NCBI GenBank assembly: GCA_951406725.2
Contig: OX597817.1
Location: 124,992,001-125,056,000 of the forward strand
Source of the DNA: Octopus vulgaris
Lineage: Eukaryota
Direction of reading: 5' to 3'
DNA length: 64,000 nucleotides
Below are positions 11,384 through 25,877 of the stretch, in pieces. Each line of letters starts with the position of its first letter. Within the stretch, counting starts at the first letter, position 1. The notes beneath the pieces were generated by a model that saw only the letters and a list, made by a program, of their open reading frames with translations, had not been told where the DNA came from and searched no databases. The translations under genes and the position numbers were made by a program.

Positions 11384-12586
11384 ATTGCATATTCACATTT
11401 GAACTGCCAGAATGAATTAAGAATGAATATGTAAGACATCATTTTGATTTTTGCTGTTCACCATGAACATGATGATTTATTATTGCTCGGCAGATATCAG
11501 CATACGCCAGCATATAATTTGCTTGCTGACGTAATAAACAAGTGACATAAATGCTTCCAAGATTCATTAATCCAAGGAGATACAACAATGTCAGAACATT
11601 GGGCATTTTGCCTGAGGATATACAATAATATCAAAACACTGAGTGTCCCATAGTCCCCTTCTGCTAATAAACTGATGGTGCTATGGACACACATTCTGAA
11701 AAAGCTGTTCGCCATTGATGAGAAACAAGAGTAGTTAGCATATTTATGTTAGAACTGCTAGAATGAATTAAGAATGACTATTTAAGTAATCATTTTGATT
11801 CCCATTCTTCACAGTACACATGACAATTTCAGTTAACTGCTTTTTTATGAATTATTCTGGAAATGTATTTCTCTAATCTACCTTGAAATTCACTGAATGA
11901 CAATTTCAATGGTCGATTATTTCTTTGTTTTTTTCCTTTAGCTTAAGTCATTTTTTAAGATGTTCACTTAGGGTCGCATTTATGCTTGCATTTACCTAAG
12001 TACTCTATAATAGTGAAGTTTATTATTAAAGTTAGATTCAGTCATTGTTGTTGCTTCAAACCCAGTTCAGCCTACATGTAATAGACCTATAATTAAAAGT
12101 CATCTTGCCATGACCAACCCACCTTTGCAAACAAGGTTTATCTTATTCTACATAATCCACTATGTCCTTCCTTTCTCTCTTTTTAAGAGCAGAGTGTGAT
12201 TTTATGGAAAATTTTCTGATATATCTAATATGTGACCACATTGAGAGCCTAGCTTCTTAGAGTCCGTATTCCTTCCACTGTGGAAATAAATTACATAGTT
12301 TTTCCAGAAATAATGTTAAATATATGCTTACCAAAATATAGAATTGGTATTTTTTGCAAGTCACATTGCCTCAATAAACTTGACATATCTCAACAAAGAA
12401 TATGTTAAAACAAGACAGTCTTCAAAAAGATTGGTACATAAAACTACTTTCCACAGTTAAGAGTGATGAAATTTTGAGTGGATATTTCTTATTTCCACAG
12501 CAAAAGGGTTAAATACAGATGGTAAGCTTTCCTAATTTTTTAGAAATTTGCCTCAGTACTCACTTTTTAACACTTCTTATATTCTT

Positions 12587-12868
12587 CTACTCTTTTACTT
12601 GCTTCAGTCATTTGCTAAGTTATGGGGAATGTAAACACACCAACATCGGTTGTAAAGCAATGGTGAGGGGAGAAAAATAGACACACAAACACGCATGCAC
12701 ACACATACACACACACATTTCTTTCAGTTTCTGTCTACCAAATCCACTCACAAAGCTTTGGTCAGCCTGAGGTTATAGAAGAAGACACTTGCCCAAGGTA
12801 CCATGCAGTGGAACTGAACCCGGAACCTTGTGGTTGGGAAACAAGCTTCTTACCACACAGCCCTTCCT
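12587..12868 (-). mobile_element. SINE family A, internally deleted
   Basis: Reverse complement of family A head and tail. Confidence 0.8.
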
Positions 12869-13029
12869 GTTTTGTTTTTTTAAACTACATACTGTCTTTG
12901 GTATAGTGTGTTTCATGATACTTACTGGCATGTATTCTTAAGTGTAAGATAATATTTGTTTTGTCTTTCATTCTAATATTTATTTTATTACATTCTTAGC
13001 ATGTAATAAATCACAAGGCATATATACCA

Positions 13030-14163
13030 GGATTTTAGATAAATAATTAATTTGCTTTTTTTCCTATTTAATCCTTATTTTCAATAATTTTAACAAATTA
13101 GTCAAAAATATATTCTCATTTACTGTTCACAACTTCTTGCAAAAGTTCCACTAGCTTGTCAATACTTGACAGTAGAAATTACCGGATCTTGACTCAAAGA
13201 ATTCATGGAGCCATATTTACAGCTTCACATTGTAGTAGAATCAAATGCCTCAAAGACAGATTGGGGCATTTCAGCTGCTCAAATCTGGATGCAAATCTCT
13301 GTATTTATTGTGTAGTTGTTTCCAAGCATTTCATAGTGGAGTAGCCCACTTATTTTATCGGTCTCTTTTGCCATACCACTAAGTTACGGGGAACATAAAC
13401 ACACCAAAATCTGTTGTCAAGCAATGGTGAGGGGATTGTCTTGAATAGATGCAGCTCTGGCTTAGCTAAAGGTGTACTTGCTTGTCGAGACTCATTCAGT
13501 CTTTCTTCTGTTTCATATTTATGTAAAGATATCTTTCTTCATCACCAGTGACAATGCAGTACAGAAATCTCCATTCTTGTCCATAAAAAGTGATGTGTAC
13601 AATAAGCAAACTGGTGGTGATAGAGAAGCTCTGGAATTTGTCTCCTTTATTCAGAGTGTGTGGCACACAAGCATTGAGCTTTTAGACTTTACCCATTAAG
13701 TGAAAGTAACAGATAATGGTATCAGAAGAACATCTTATCTGCAGGGCTAATCTCCGAGAGGAATGGTGTAAATCCACATGAATGACCTCATTCCTTGGAT
13801 TATGCAGGTTAGCTGGAATGCAGAGAGTTTGTGAAGTCGAATTTCTCCTTCTTGCAACATGAAAATCACTTCTGTAATAGTGCCTTCTCCATAAACTGCA
13901 CAAATGTATCAAGTGGCTTTAATAGCTTTGGAGCCTTGTTTCATCAATGCTCATTTTATTTCTACTTGGCACTTTATCCCCATTGTCTGAAAAAAATCAA
14001 AACTTTTTTTGAAATTTCAAAAATGATAAACAAAAGTTACAGAGGAAGAATAGAGCTAAAAAATACAAAAAAAAAGGAAAAACTTAAATCACTACCATAA
14101 AAATATTTTATGAGTGAGTTCAAAAAGAAATGGAAAGAAATGAACAAATTTTTCTGATAACCT
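13030..14163 (-). mobile_element. Decayed mariner transposon, internally deleted, with a SINE A fragment at about 13345-13435
   Basis: Minus strand reads ICAVYGEG (HTH region), VPHTL, RFLYCIVTGDE, and a C-terminal EYIFD-like end. Confidence 0.75.
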
Positions 14164-14164
14164 A

Positions 14165-14300
14165 CACATATACATACATATATATATGTATGTTTATATG
14201 TGTGTGTGTGTGTATACACACACACACATCTATCTATCAATCTCTCTCCATCTATCTATATATATATATATCTGTATACATATATACATATATATATATA

Positions 14301-14361
<61 letters not shown>

Positions 14362-14363
14362 GT

Positions 14364-14413
<50 letters not shown>

Positions 14414-14450
14414 ATATGTATATATATATGTATAAATATATATGTACATA
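14165..14450. repeat. Compound (TA)n/(CA)n/(TCTA)n microsatellite
   Basis: Read directly. Confidence 0.95.
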
Positions 14451-15524
14451 AATATTTCGTTTTTTTTATTTTGGCTTTAGGTCTATAATGTAATTTGCTT
14501 ATTATTACTTCCAACTATTGCATAAAGCTACATCTAACCAGTGAGTTGGAATGTATGACATTTGGTGTTAACTTTCTACAGTATATACCTTTTTTTTTAT
14601 ATAACTCAGAATTGCTTTCCATATAAAATCTCTTTCTATGTTAGTTGTCGCTAAGTTGTTGAAAATGCCTTTGGCAATGAACCAGAGACACCCTAGCAAA
14701 ATATATAACTTCTTTTATGTTATTTTCAAATAAACTTCTAAGTTTGAAAATATAATTATTTTCATTAATGGTTTTGTTGTTTTTACATCGCTAACTCAAT
14801 ATTTTTTCTATAATTCTTTGATAGTTTGTTTCAAGTGTAGGAACTTTGTGCTATATGATATATTTACTTTTCTTTTAGGTAACTTTGTTTTGTTTTATGC
14901 TAATTTATCATTGAATTCATATAAATACTTGGTTCTTTATATAAGTATGTATGTTTTCCTTTTCTACTTTCTTAATCTTAATTTTGAATGAATCCATTTT
15001 TTCTTGTAACTTTAGTGTGTTCCATTCTAAATTTTCTAAAAAGTCTGTTACAAGTATTTTTCCCTAACTGCATAACTCTATATGTATAATCACACTTAAA
15101 AAAAGCATATGCTAGCCTAAATTTTCCCTTTTCCAGTAGCTGAATTAATAACAGAGCTATTAAGAAAATATACACAACTAAACATGTTATATACATCAAT
15201 ATATTTGTACATGGTATGGTTATGTAGTTCAGATGTTTGCTTCTCAAATATGTGGTTTAGTCTCACTAAATGCCATTGGGCAAATGGTTTCTACTATAGC
15301 CCTTGGCTGAGCAAAACCTTTTGAATGGATTTAGTCAATGGAAACCATGTGTCTGCATATACATGCAAGCACATGTGTGTGTAAGTGTTCCTGTGTCTTC
15401 ACTTTGTACAATTGATATAAATTGGTGTAACCATCATGCAAACAGTATTATTTGTTTTTAATCTTCTGTAAGAAAGAATTTGTTGAGCATTGAGAAATAT
15501 TAAAATCCTGTCACTCCATTGATT

Positions 15525-15830
15525 ATGATGATCACTGTTCCACTTGATTCGATCAATAGAACAGCCTACATGTGAAATTAACATGCAAGTGGCTGAGCAC
15601 TCTTCAAACACACTCACACACACCATTCATGTAGTTCACAGTGAGATTCAGCATCACAGATAATGTGACAAGGCTGGCTCTTTGAATTACAGATAAAACT
15701 CATTTTTGCCAGTTGAGAGGGCTGGAGCAACATGAAATGAATTGTCGTGCTCAAGGACTTAATGCACCGCCAGAAATCAATCTCATGACCTTCTGATTAT
15801 GAGCCAAGTACTCTAATCATTAAGTCACAT
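15525..15830 (-). mobile_element. SINE family C (decayed)
   Basis: Shares catttttgccag..gactggagcaacatgaaat...ctcaaggac with copies at 31606 and 54379. Confidence 0.75.
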
Positions 15831-16965
15831 TAAGAAATATTAAATTGCTTGGAAATAGGTGATGGTTGTGGTTGTCAATTTGGAAAGTCCTTAACAAATT
15901 CCATCTGATCTATGCAAGAATGGAAATGCTAAATGTTAAAATAATAAGGAGGAGAATGATATAGGTGGAGATATAGTTGTGTTATTAAGAGGTTCACTAT
16001 TTGACCACATGGTCATAGGTTTATATCTACTGTGTGGCACCTTGATCAAGATTTTTCTGCTATTACTTTAGGTCAGCCAATGACTTTATAAGTATAATTG
16101 GTTAAAAGAAGCTGCATAAAATCCTGAGCATGGGTGTATGTTTAAATTTTTCATTTTTGATGCATTAAACAGACTTCATGACTGAAAAAATGATCATTAT
16201 GCACATGAATGGTTCTGTGATAAGAAGCTTGATTCATAATCATGTGGTCTTGGGTTCATTCCCACTGTGCAGTAACTTGGGCATGCATCTTCCACTATTG
16301 CTCTGGGCTAACTAAAACTTAGTGAGTGGATTTAGATGTGGTGGGAGACAAAACACACAGGCACATACATGCACATATATACACATATATATGTGTGTAT
16401 AAATATTGATTCATACATGCATACATACATACATACAAGCATAAATTCATGTGTGTGTGTGTATATGTGTGTTCATATATGCAACAGGCTTCTTTTAGTT
16501 TCTTCCTACTAAATCCACTCACAAGGTGCCATGCAACGTGACTGAACCTGGAGCCATGTGCTTGGGAAGCAAACTTCGTACCACACAGCCACCCCTGTAC
16601 CATATATATATACCTGCATACATACATACATATATATACACACATGCACACACAAGCAGACACATACATGTATATATGTATATGCATATGTGTATGTATG
16701 TGTATATGTATCAATATGTGTGTGCCTTTGTGTTTGGGTTTGTTCCCCATATCACTTAGAACTTTGGTAAAAGAAACAGAATAAAATCAGGCTTTAAAAT
16801 ATGTATTGTGGTTGATTTGTTCGACTAAGGCCTTCTAGAGTGAGTCTCAGCAAGCCACAGTCCAGAGACTAAAAAAGTAAAAAACAAAACAATAAAAGAT
16901 GAGTTTTACTACAGAAATGATAACTCTACAACTAATGATGTGAAGCTAATAGAATATGAACAGAA

Positions 16966-17134
16966 AGATACAGGAGTGGCTGTGTGGTCAGAAGCTTGCT
17001 TCCCAACCACATGGTTTCGGGTTTAGTCCCCTTGTATGGCACCTAGGGCAAGTGTCTTCTACTATAGCCTGAGGCTGACCAAAGCCTTGTGAGTGGATTT
17101 AGCAGATGGAAACTGAAAGAACCATGTCCTATAA

Positions 17135-17184
<50 letters not shown>

Positions 17185-17386
17185 CTATATTTGTCCCCCC
17201 ACCATCACTTGACAACTGATGTTGGTGTGTTTACATCCCTGTAACTTAGAAGTTCAGCAAAAGAGACCGATAGAATATGTACCAGGCTTACAAAGAATAA
17301 CTCCTAGGGTTGATTTGTTCGACTAAAGGCAGTACTCCCACATGGCCGGAATCAAGTGACTGAAACAAGTAGAAGTGTTAAAGAGT
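16966..17386 (+). mobile_element. SINE family A
   Basis: Complete head-microsatellite-tail structure. Confidence 0.9.
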
Positions 17387-18087
17387 AAGAGAGAAATAAA
17401 AAGTTCTGATTTACCTAACTTAAATAAGAATGATTGGAGAGGTACTGAAATTATATCGAGTGAATTGAATGACCATGTAAGTGAACTCTTGGTAAATAAA
17501 TATACAAATGTAAGTGGGATTCATTTTCATAGCATCAAGTAGGAAATAAACACTAGAGAAGAAAGACACATGCAAATGGTTATGAAAATATTATCCCCAA
17601 GAATGGAATGCATCCTCACCTCTCAATCAATTAATAACAATAATCAATAAATGTGGACGCAGAGTAATTAATGTCAGGGTGAATAGTCTTAATGAGAAAG
17701 ATAGTAATCAAGTTGAAAATTAGCTTTAAGAAGGCCGTTATCACCTTAATGTTCCTCCTAGATGAGTGAGTGGAGCCAGCGTAGTGGCAAAAGCTGAAAG
17801 AGGATAAATTTATTTCTTGATTCCTTTGCTTTTAGTGTTGAGAAAGTGTATAAAATTGAAATAAGATTTATTTGCTGAAGCAGTGATATTTTATGGTTCT
17901 TGGATACAGAGTAAAGTTTGGAAAATTAGTTACGCATTAACTCCTGAATATGTGTTTTCCAGGGAATAACTATAGCTGAGCTGAAAACAACAAAAGGCCT
18001 TAAACATTATCAGTAAATGATAAATTGATAACAACAGAAATAGTTAATTGCTATGGTTTAAGTATATTCTTTGAATAAATTATGAAC

Positions 18088-18485
18088 AGGCATAGGAGTA
18101 CCTGTGTGGTAAGGAGCTTGCCTCCCAACCACATGGTTCCGGGTTCAGTCACACTGCATGGCACCTTGGGCAAGTGTCTTCTACTATAGCCTCAGGCTGA
18201 CCAAAGTCTTGTGAGTGGATTTGGTAGACGGAAACTGAAAGAAGCCTGTCGTATATATGTATATACATATATGTATGTGTGTGTGTATATGTGTGTTTGT
18301 CCCCCAACATTGCTTGACAATCAATGCTGGTGTGTTTATGTCCCCATAACTTAGCGGCTCAGCAAAAGGAGACCGACAGAATAAGTACTAGGCTTTCAAA
18401 GAATAAGTACTGGGGTCGATTTGCTTGACTAAAAGCGGTGCTCAAGTATGGCCGCAGTCAAATGACTGAAACAAGTAAAAGAGTA
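18088..18485 (+). mobile_element. SINE family A
   Basis: Complete structure. Confidence 0.9.
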
Positions 18486-20914
18486 TTGGATTAAAAATTG
18501 ATATGTTTTATTAATTTTATTGCAGATAGCTTGATCTCAAGCTGTTTCTTGAACTGGAAGTTAAATATGGAACGTCATAAGGAAAACAAAGATCTATAGT
18601 AGTACGAGGTAAAGGAATAGCAGAGGATCAAAGAACCAAGTGAGAAGGTAGTTTCAAGGAATTTTAAAGAAACAGCTATACTGGCACAGACTTATAATGG
18701 GAGAAAATATTCTCTGAATAAGTACTATGAGTTGTTGGTGGACAGTATACAACACAGCGATAATGAATAATTCATATGTAGTATAAGTTAAACCTCTATG
18801 CAGTTGTCAGATCTGCTAGAAATTACACATTGGCTAATGTAGCTATAGGTATCCTCTGCTGGCAAAGCAAGATGGAATGCTTTTGGTTATAGGTCTGCAC
18901 AGTCAGAGTTAATATGAGGTTAAAACAGTAGCAGCAGTATTTTTATTCCCAATTGAAACTGAGACAGGTGTATTGCAAAACTATTTCTTTATGAATCATA
19001 CTAATTATAATATTCATAAGGGCAGATAACAACTAACAGATTAGAATGAGTGTATTAAGCAATGGAAATGACATAACAGGAAACTCATACATAAATTAAT
19101 TAAGTATTGTGAATGTATGTAATACGGGCCATGAAACATTTAAGAATACTAATGCACAAGAAGAGATCTACAGCTCAACTGTTTCAATACTTTTGGAAGA
19201 TATAGAAGATACCTGAAATTATGTTTTGGTTTATTAGACCTCTTCACTAAACCATTGATTTTTGCCTTACAACCAAGTAGGACTGTAACCTAAAAAGTAA
19301 TGAGAAATTAGCATATTTAGATGGTTTTATTTTTATCCTTTTTACACTGTAAGAAAAGAATAGTGTTTTGTGAAATATACTTTGCTCATTAATAATCTCG
19401 TTTTCTTTAGAAGCTTTTTATAATGACTGATTCTTTAAATATAATAGTTATGGTAGCTTCTGTATTGCCAAAAACTAACAATTGATTTGTAATTCATCAT
19501 TAAAGGAATATTTTCTTTTTAATATTTTTTTTCTCTTTTCCGCAAAACTAAAGAGAAAATTTTGAAAAACTTTATTTGGACAAAAAAGTTAAATACTGAA
19601 AAGCCTGTACATGCTAAGGAATGAAAGATCTGAATTTTATTGAAAAACTTTGTTTCGTTCAACATAATTAACTTTGAAATATTTTAGGTAAAAACTAATA
19701 AAACACTGCCAAAATAAAACAAGCAAATACAAAACGTAAAGAAGAAAAAAACAACAACATTCAAATAGGAATTCAAAAGAAAAAAAATGAAGTCTCTACT
19801 CTTTTAAAATGTATTTGCTATTACATTTGATATGTATTTACAACATAAATTTTAAACAGACAGCTGCCAACCAATTTGATGCTTAAGCAGGAAACACTCA
19901 ATTTCGTTGTTTGTAACTCTATAGTTCACTTTAATTGTACTTGCTATTATTTTTAAATAGAGTTAAACTCCATTTAAAAATAATAGCAATTTTGTGAAAA
20001 CTTCAAAACACCTTGTGAATATTTTATTGAAAAATATTGATTTTGCGCAATTGTTATTTTCTTGAAGCTACTGATTACATCGTATTAAAATTTTGCTTAA
20101 TGGCTTTAAAATATATCAAAAGCACAAAACGAAATAAACCAAAAACAAAATAATAATATTAATAACAAAATAATAGTGATAAATAAATATAACATGTACA
20201 TGCAAATGTGTAATATTTTGTTTTATATAAATAAATGTAAAATTTATGTAAAACGAACTTACTTTTGATAGATGTTATCTTGTGTCTAACTCTTAAATAA
20301 TCTTAAATTGCATTATTGGCTGCTGCCAACTAACAAAAAAAATATCATATTCAGGTGTGTGTGTGTGTGTGTGATACAAGACATTGTCTTTCTGGACTAA
20401 TTATGTATATATGGAGAGAAGAAATTTCCCATTTGAACTAATTACATGTTAGATTTGTGATTCCTGGTGCATGGTCATCATCATTAACATCATCATCATC
20501 ATCACTACCACCACCACCACATCCATTACCATCACTGTCATCGTCATCACCATCGTTTATTGGGATTATTGCAATAAGATGCATCTAATACTTTGTTATT
20601 CCTGGCAGCAGCAACATCAAACTTATGCTGGTAATCCAAATGCTTTCGTTACCATTTCATTCTGCAGGCTAAATTGAAATATGATTTTCAACAGATCTTG
20701 GTGTTCAGTTTTATGTAATAATTGTACTTTTCCCAAGTTTGTTGTTGGTGTGCTATCCTAATAAAAATTTTTAGATGATATTTTGATGTGAAGGGCACAG
20801 TTCCAAGCTTCTGTACACATCTCAATAACATTTACACAGCTGGAGCCCTATCGTTGAAATATATAGAGTCACAGGTCAAAAGGCTATGTGGTTATACATT
20901 CAAATATTACTATT

Positions 20915-21325
20915 AGGCGCAGGAGTGGCTGTGTGGTAAGTAGCTTGCTAACCAACCACATGGTTCCGGGTTCAGTCCCACTGCATGGCATCTTGGGCAA
21001 GTGTCTTCTGCTATTGCCCCGGGCCGACCAATGCCTTGTGAGTGGATTTGGTAGATGGAAACCGAAAGAAGCCTGTCGTATATATGTATATATATGTATA
21101 TGTGTGTGTGTGTGTGTGTGCCTGTGTTTGTCCCCCTAGCATTGCTTGACAACCGATGCTGGTGTGTTTACGTCCCCGTCACTTAGCGGTTCAGCAAAAG
21201 AGACCGATAGAATAAGTACTGAGCTTACAAAGAATAAGTCCCGGGGTCGATTTGCTCGACTAAAGGCGGTGCTGCAGCATGGCCGCAGTCAAATGACTGA
21301 AACAAGTAAAAGAGTAAAGAGAGTA
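20915..21325 (+). mobile_element. SINE family A (low divergence)
   Basis: Complete structure, CpGs largely retained. Confidence 0.92.
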
Positions 21326-22299
21326 TTATAGTCTTGTTGTTTTGCATCTGAGCAAGAAAATACATCCATTCAGAGTCAGTGAGGGTGCCTCTGCCTAGTC
21401 TTGACCTGCTAAAAATCTCATGTGACTATCACTCAAAGCATGTTTTACAATGTTCAAAATAGGACAAATTGAATAATTGTTTTACCTTACATTATATTTA
21501 TTTTATGCACAGCATAATGTATACCTAAGTGACTGTAATAAATTTAAATATTAGAAAACCTTACTATAGATGCATTAAAACTGTAATCATAATCTGTCTG
21601 TGTGAATGTTGAGTAGAATAAAAAGAAGGAAAACTTACAATGAATATGTTGCATTATCATAAAATAATTAATATTTAATAAATGATGCACCATCAAAAGT
21701 ATAAATATAAATTAGGCTATCCACTAATGCACTAGCCTCATTTTTTTACACCTTTATATAGCAGCAAACTTATGCTAAGGTTCTGGTATGTCTTATCTGG
21801 GGAGAAGTCAACAAGCAATGGACACAATGAATCAGTTCGCATAGAAAGAATGTAATTACATTTCATTACATACAGAGTAAAGCTTTCTAATATTTATATT
21901 TATTTCTGTCCATATGTGTAAAACTGTATTGTGCATAAAATAGATAATGTTTAATTACTGACAAGCCACCAAAATTACAAATATGCAAATTAGGCAACCC
22001 ACCAATGCACTAGCATAATTTATGACTGTTTTATATAGCAGCTAACCTAAGGCAGTGATTGAGGAAGGAAGCTAAGTAAGTATTCTCTGAGGAGCTGTCA
22101 ATAAACTATAGAAGGATCTGCCAAGAGACACCCTCCTCCTTTTCTGTAAAGCTTTTTAATATATAAACTTATTTCAGTTCTTATTGACAATATCTTGTGC
22201 ATAACAGAGGTATATTACATACTTACACACACATTTATATATATATGCACATTATATATGTGTGTGTGTGTGTGTGTGCACATTATGTATGTATATATT

Positions 22300-22685
22300 T
22301 TATTCTTTTACTTGCTTCAGTCATTTGACTGCTGCCATGCTGGAGCACGGCCTTGTAGGGCTTTAATAGAAGAACTCGACCCCAGGTCTTATTATTTGTA
22401 TGCCTAGTACTTATTCTATTAGTCTCTTTTGCTGAACCACTAAGTCACAGCACACCAGAATCGGTTGTCAAGCAATGGTGATGGAACAAATACAGACACA
22501 CACGCACATAAATATATATGTGTATATACGACGGGATTCTTTCAGTTTCCATCAACCAATCCACTCACTAAGCTTTGGTTGGCCCGAGGCTATAGTAGAA
22601 GACACTTGCCCAAGGTGCCATGCAGTGGGACTAAACCTCAAACCATATGATGGGAAGCAAGCTTCTTACTGGACAGTCATGCCTT
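22300..22685 (-). mobile_element. SINE family A
   Basis: Reverse complement of family consensus. Confidence 0.85.
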
Positions 22686-23949
22686 TGCCTCTATGAGTCA
22701 TTAGAGCATCAGACAGATTTGATTAAGCTCAAATACCATTAAGATAAACTTGGCTGTGCGTTAACGTACACTTTTTACTTGCCTCTCCATTTTTTATCAC
22801 ACTTTTGTTGTATCACTTGTTCAACGTACGATATAACGGGATAATAATAATAATGTCCACACAAATCGTTCTACTCAAGATACTAGTAATAACTCTGGAC
22901 AATATGCAACTCTCGGTTTTACACAGCTCAAGACTCTCTGTGTATGTCCATTTATATCGTGGCATAGTCCATTAGGAGCCAACCAATAGGGGCGTTCTAC
23001 TTCCACACAACAACCTTTTAGGTCCAAACCTGACCACTACGTACAATCTATACTCTCAAGAACACTGCTCATGAGGAATATTTTCTCGGCTCATATCTTT
23101 CATTGCCATGTTGACCTGCAATATTTTGAAAAGAATATTAATAGTCTCAAAGAGCTCACAAAGCTCCTCTCATCCGGACTCAGCAAGTAAAAGTTTAATT
23201 CGTTGCATATAAGTTGCATTTTTTTACTTGAAAGAAATGTCTCTCCAAAACTAAGGGTTGACATATAGGGTAGTAAACAACTGAAACAAATCTTCTGACA
23301 ACAATTGTGCACTTCTTTCAGTAACATCAACAAGCTAAAGCAAATATTTACAACTAAAGCTTGATTTCTACGAACATATTTCATATAGTTACAAATATAT
23401 TGCCAAAGATATCAGCTAATTATAACAAACAAACAAACAAAAATAGATAAAATGTTATTATTAACATAAAAGCATGTACTGCTTCCAACAATTGCTTTGA
23501 CTATAAACACCACTAATGTGAAGTAACCAATCGGTCAATTACTATATGCACATGATCTGCATAATTTCATGATCAACCCCAATAGCGAATTTATAGGAAT
23601 ACAAGAATTTATTACTCATAGATCTTTCAGAAAATAACATGTAGATTATATACAAGATTGTGGCTGATGTATTGCTTTTCTGATATATAAAAAGATACAA
23701 TGCATGCTATACACTACATGACTAATGACAGTGTAATGAAAACGAATTGCAGTTTATTGAATATAGATACACAAACATCATTATTGGACACGTTAGTACA
23801 GATTCTGAAGTAAAAGTCATTTTGAGGTGCTTTGCTTAACAATTTAAACCTTCGATAAGATACTGTCATTTTAAAACTTTAAATTACATTTTATACTGAT
23901 CAATTCAATAGCTGATTAATCATTAATGCACTATTTCATTGATAATAAA

Positions 23950-25860
23950 ACATGTACGATTAAATATTAAAATCCTTCAAAATCTTTTAATTACGGTTCA
24001 TCATTCTAGAGTATCAACTTCTTTGGTATATTTGTCCCTATCCTTCCACTTTCTTTCAACAATTACTGGTCCTCTTCCTAATTCATTCTGTTTGAAATAC
24101 ATTTTTTATTATGTCTTTATGGACATTGTCCAAAGACTTTATAACCCAATCGTGACACATATCAGTGGTCAGCGCACATACAATCAGCCTTTGTGGACGA
24201 CTCTTTATTTATTAACAATCAAATTAAAACATTCCACAGTTGATTGCTCACGTATTTTCACTCCGTTTTCTACTGTTATTCAAAATAATTCCTTTGTTTA
24301 TATTCGCTTATTACGATTTTTGTACTTTTTAAAATAAGGTGTTTATAAAACCTGATTCATTAAGGCTTTCACTTTTAAACTCGGTACAATTTGAAAATTA
24401 AAATTATACGCTCCATTCATTTTTTTATTTTGTGGATAGAAACGTAAGATTATAGTTTCAGTTCATGTATAGTTTTGTATTGTATTAACGGTCTTGGCAC
24501 ACTGTGTTCCATAATTTACAAATAGTGATAGATTATACCTTATGACAAATGTATGTTTAAGCTCCTGAAGTCATATATCAAAAGTATTTATGGTAGTCAA
24601 ACTTGGGCATAACCATTTTGCTAAATTAAATAGTTTCTTATTTGTGCGTGTTTCAACAGACATTAGGTAAAATGTAGATATCGTTTTGAATCTTTAGGTT
24701 TGTAACACATGTCTTTTCAATTGAATGCTAACTTTCATTTATAAAATATCTATTAACTGTTATTTTTCTTGACTGTTTCCACTGTAAATATTATTCGATC
24801 CATTAAGTAAGATTTCAAACTATTTTAATTTCTTTGTTATTCACAGAATAAAGTTATCACCAAGAAATCATTTCCAGGTTTCTTTTGACCAAGAGAAATC
24901 CCAAATTTTCGTGGAAGTTGTGATAAAATATTATTTGCAGACAGCCCATAACTAAATTTTCTTCAACTGAGTCTACATTGGTTCCCATGGCTGTTCCGGA
25001 TTTATGTTGATTATAGAATCAGGCATGCAATAGTTATTTTGGCAAAAAATTTTTTGTGCTCTGATTTTAATCCTTTTTTTAAATATGGTTTGATAATTTG
25101 TCCGCAAGATTCTTCAGCACGAATATTTTTGCCTTCTATTTCATAGTTGTGAGGGATGTTTTTATATAAATTCAAAAGATGCAACAGGTATAATTTTATT
25201 TACCGTTGTTGTCACTGTTTCCACATAATATTTAGATTGTCTGTAAGAGAATTTTTAATGTCGTTAAGATATTGTTTCATTAAGTCGCTTAAAAGTTTAA
25301 TCTGACAATAAGTTCTGCATGCTGGGAAAGCTACTAATGGTATTAATTTAAAGATATTTGGTGATTACTCATAAAGAAATATATTTGTGTATCTCTTGCT
25401 ACGCTAACTTTGCTTTTGTGAATTTTTGGTAAGCCATAGAATAGACTAGATTTACATCTAAAATCAATTATATAATCTTATTCTTTATCTATTAATCCTT
25501 CTTAGTATAGGTGCAACAAGATTAAGATTTTTCACTAATTTCAGATGATCGCAGTTAGGAACATTTTTCGTCATATAAACTACTTTCTATAATTGACAGA
25601 ACAAAACTTTTATATATTCAGTATTCATCAAAACAAATGAACCGCATTTTATCGACTTCTTTCATTGTAAATTCATCATCAATTTTGGCACAATTGAATG
25701 GATAAATTTGTGAGTGGCAATATTTGACTTAACTCTCCGTATTACATCGAAAAATTTAAAATGTGACCATTAAAATCCTCAAGTATCATATTTCTATATT
25801 CTGGTGACGATTATTTTATTGCAAATTAATCTCCATTAGGTTGAAGTAAAATTTTGGTTT
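23950..25860 (-). pseudogene. Heavily decayed Penelope-like RT remnant
   Basis: Minus strand reads LYKNIPH (25149-25169), SGTAMGTN (about 24980-24997), FLGDNFIL (RFLDD-type motif), YKPKDSKRYLHF; many stops and frameshifts. Confidence 0.7.
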
Positions 25861-25877
25861 TCTTGATATTTTAAAAA

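Noticed and set aside
14130-14514. YIYI/CVCV/HTHT-rich ORFs here and across the track (e.g. 16319, 45469, 50839-51559)
   Set aside because: Translations of dinucleotide microsatellites, not genes.
14470-15200. Possible very old PLE RT traces on the minus strand (YTVES, WLDV, YRPK)
   Set aside because: Isolated weak motifs that cannot be supported by eye.
17400-18770. Purine-rich coding-like stretch (similar one at 26860-27480)
   Set aside because: Stops in all frames and no recognisable motif.
20888-21331. Recurrent ORFs such as DRLLSVSVYQIHSQG and MTTDAGVF
   Set aside because: Chance reading frames in SINE family A copies.
22806-23095. Possible solo LTR or promoter (CCAAT, GGGCG)
   Set aside because: No convincing TG..CA ends with a TSD and no second copy.
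23100-23384. Minus-strand ORF with ERSF/RST words resembling a hAT dimerisation domain
   Set aside because: Too short and degenerate, and no TIRs found; needs an HMM search.
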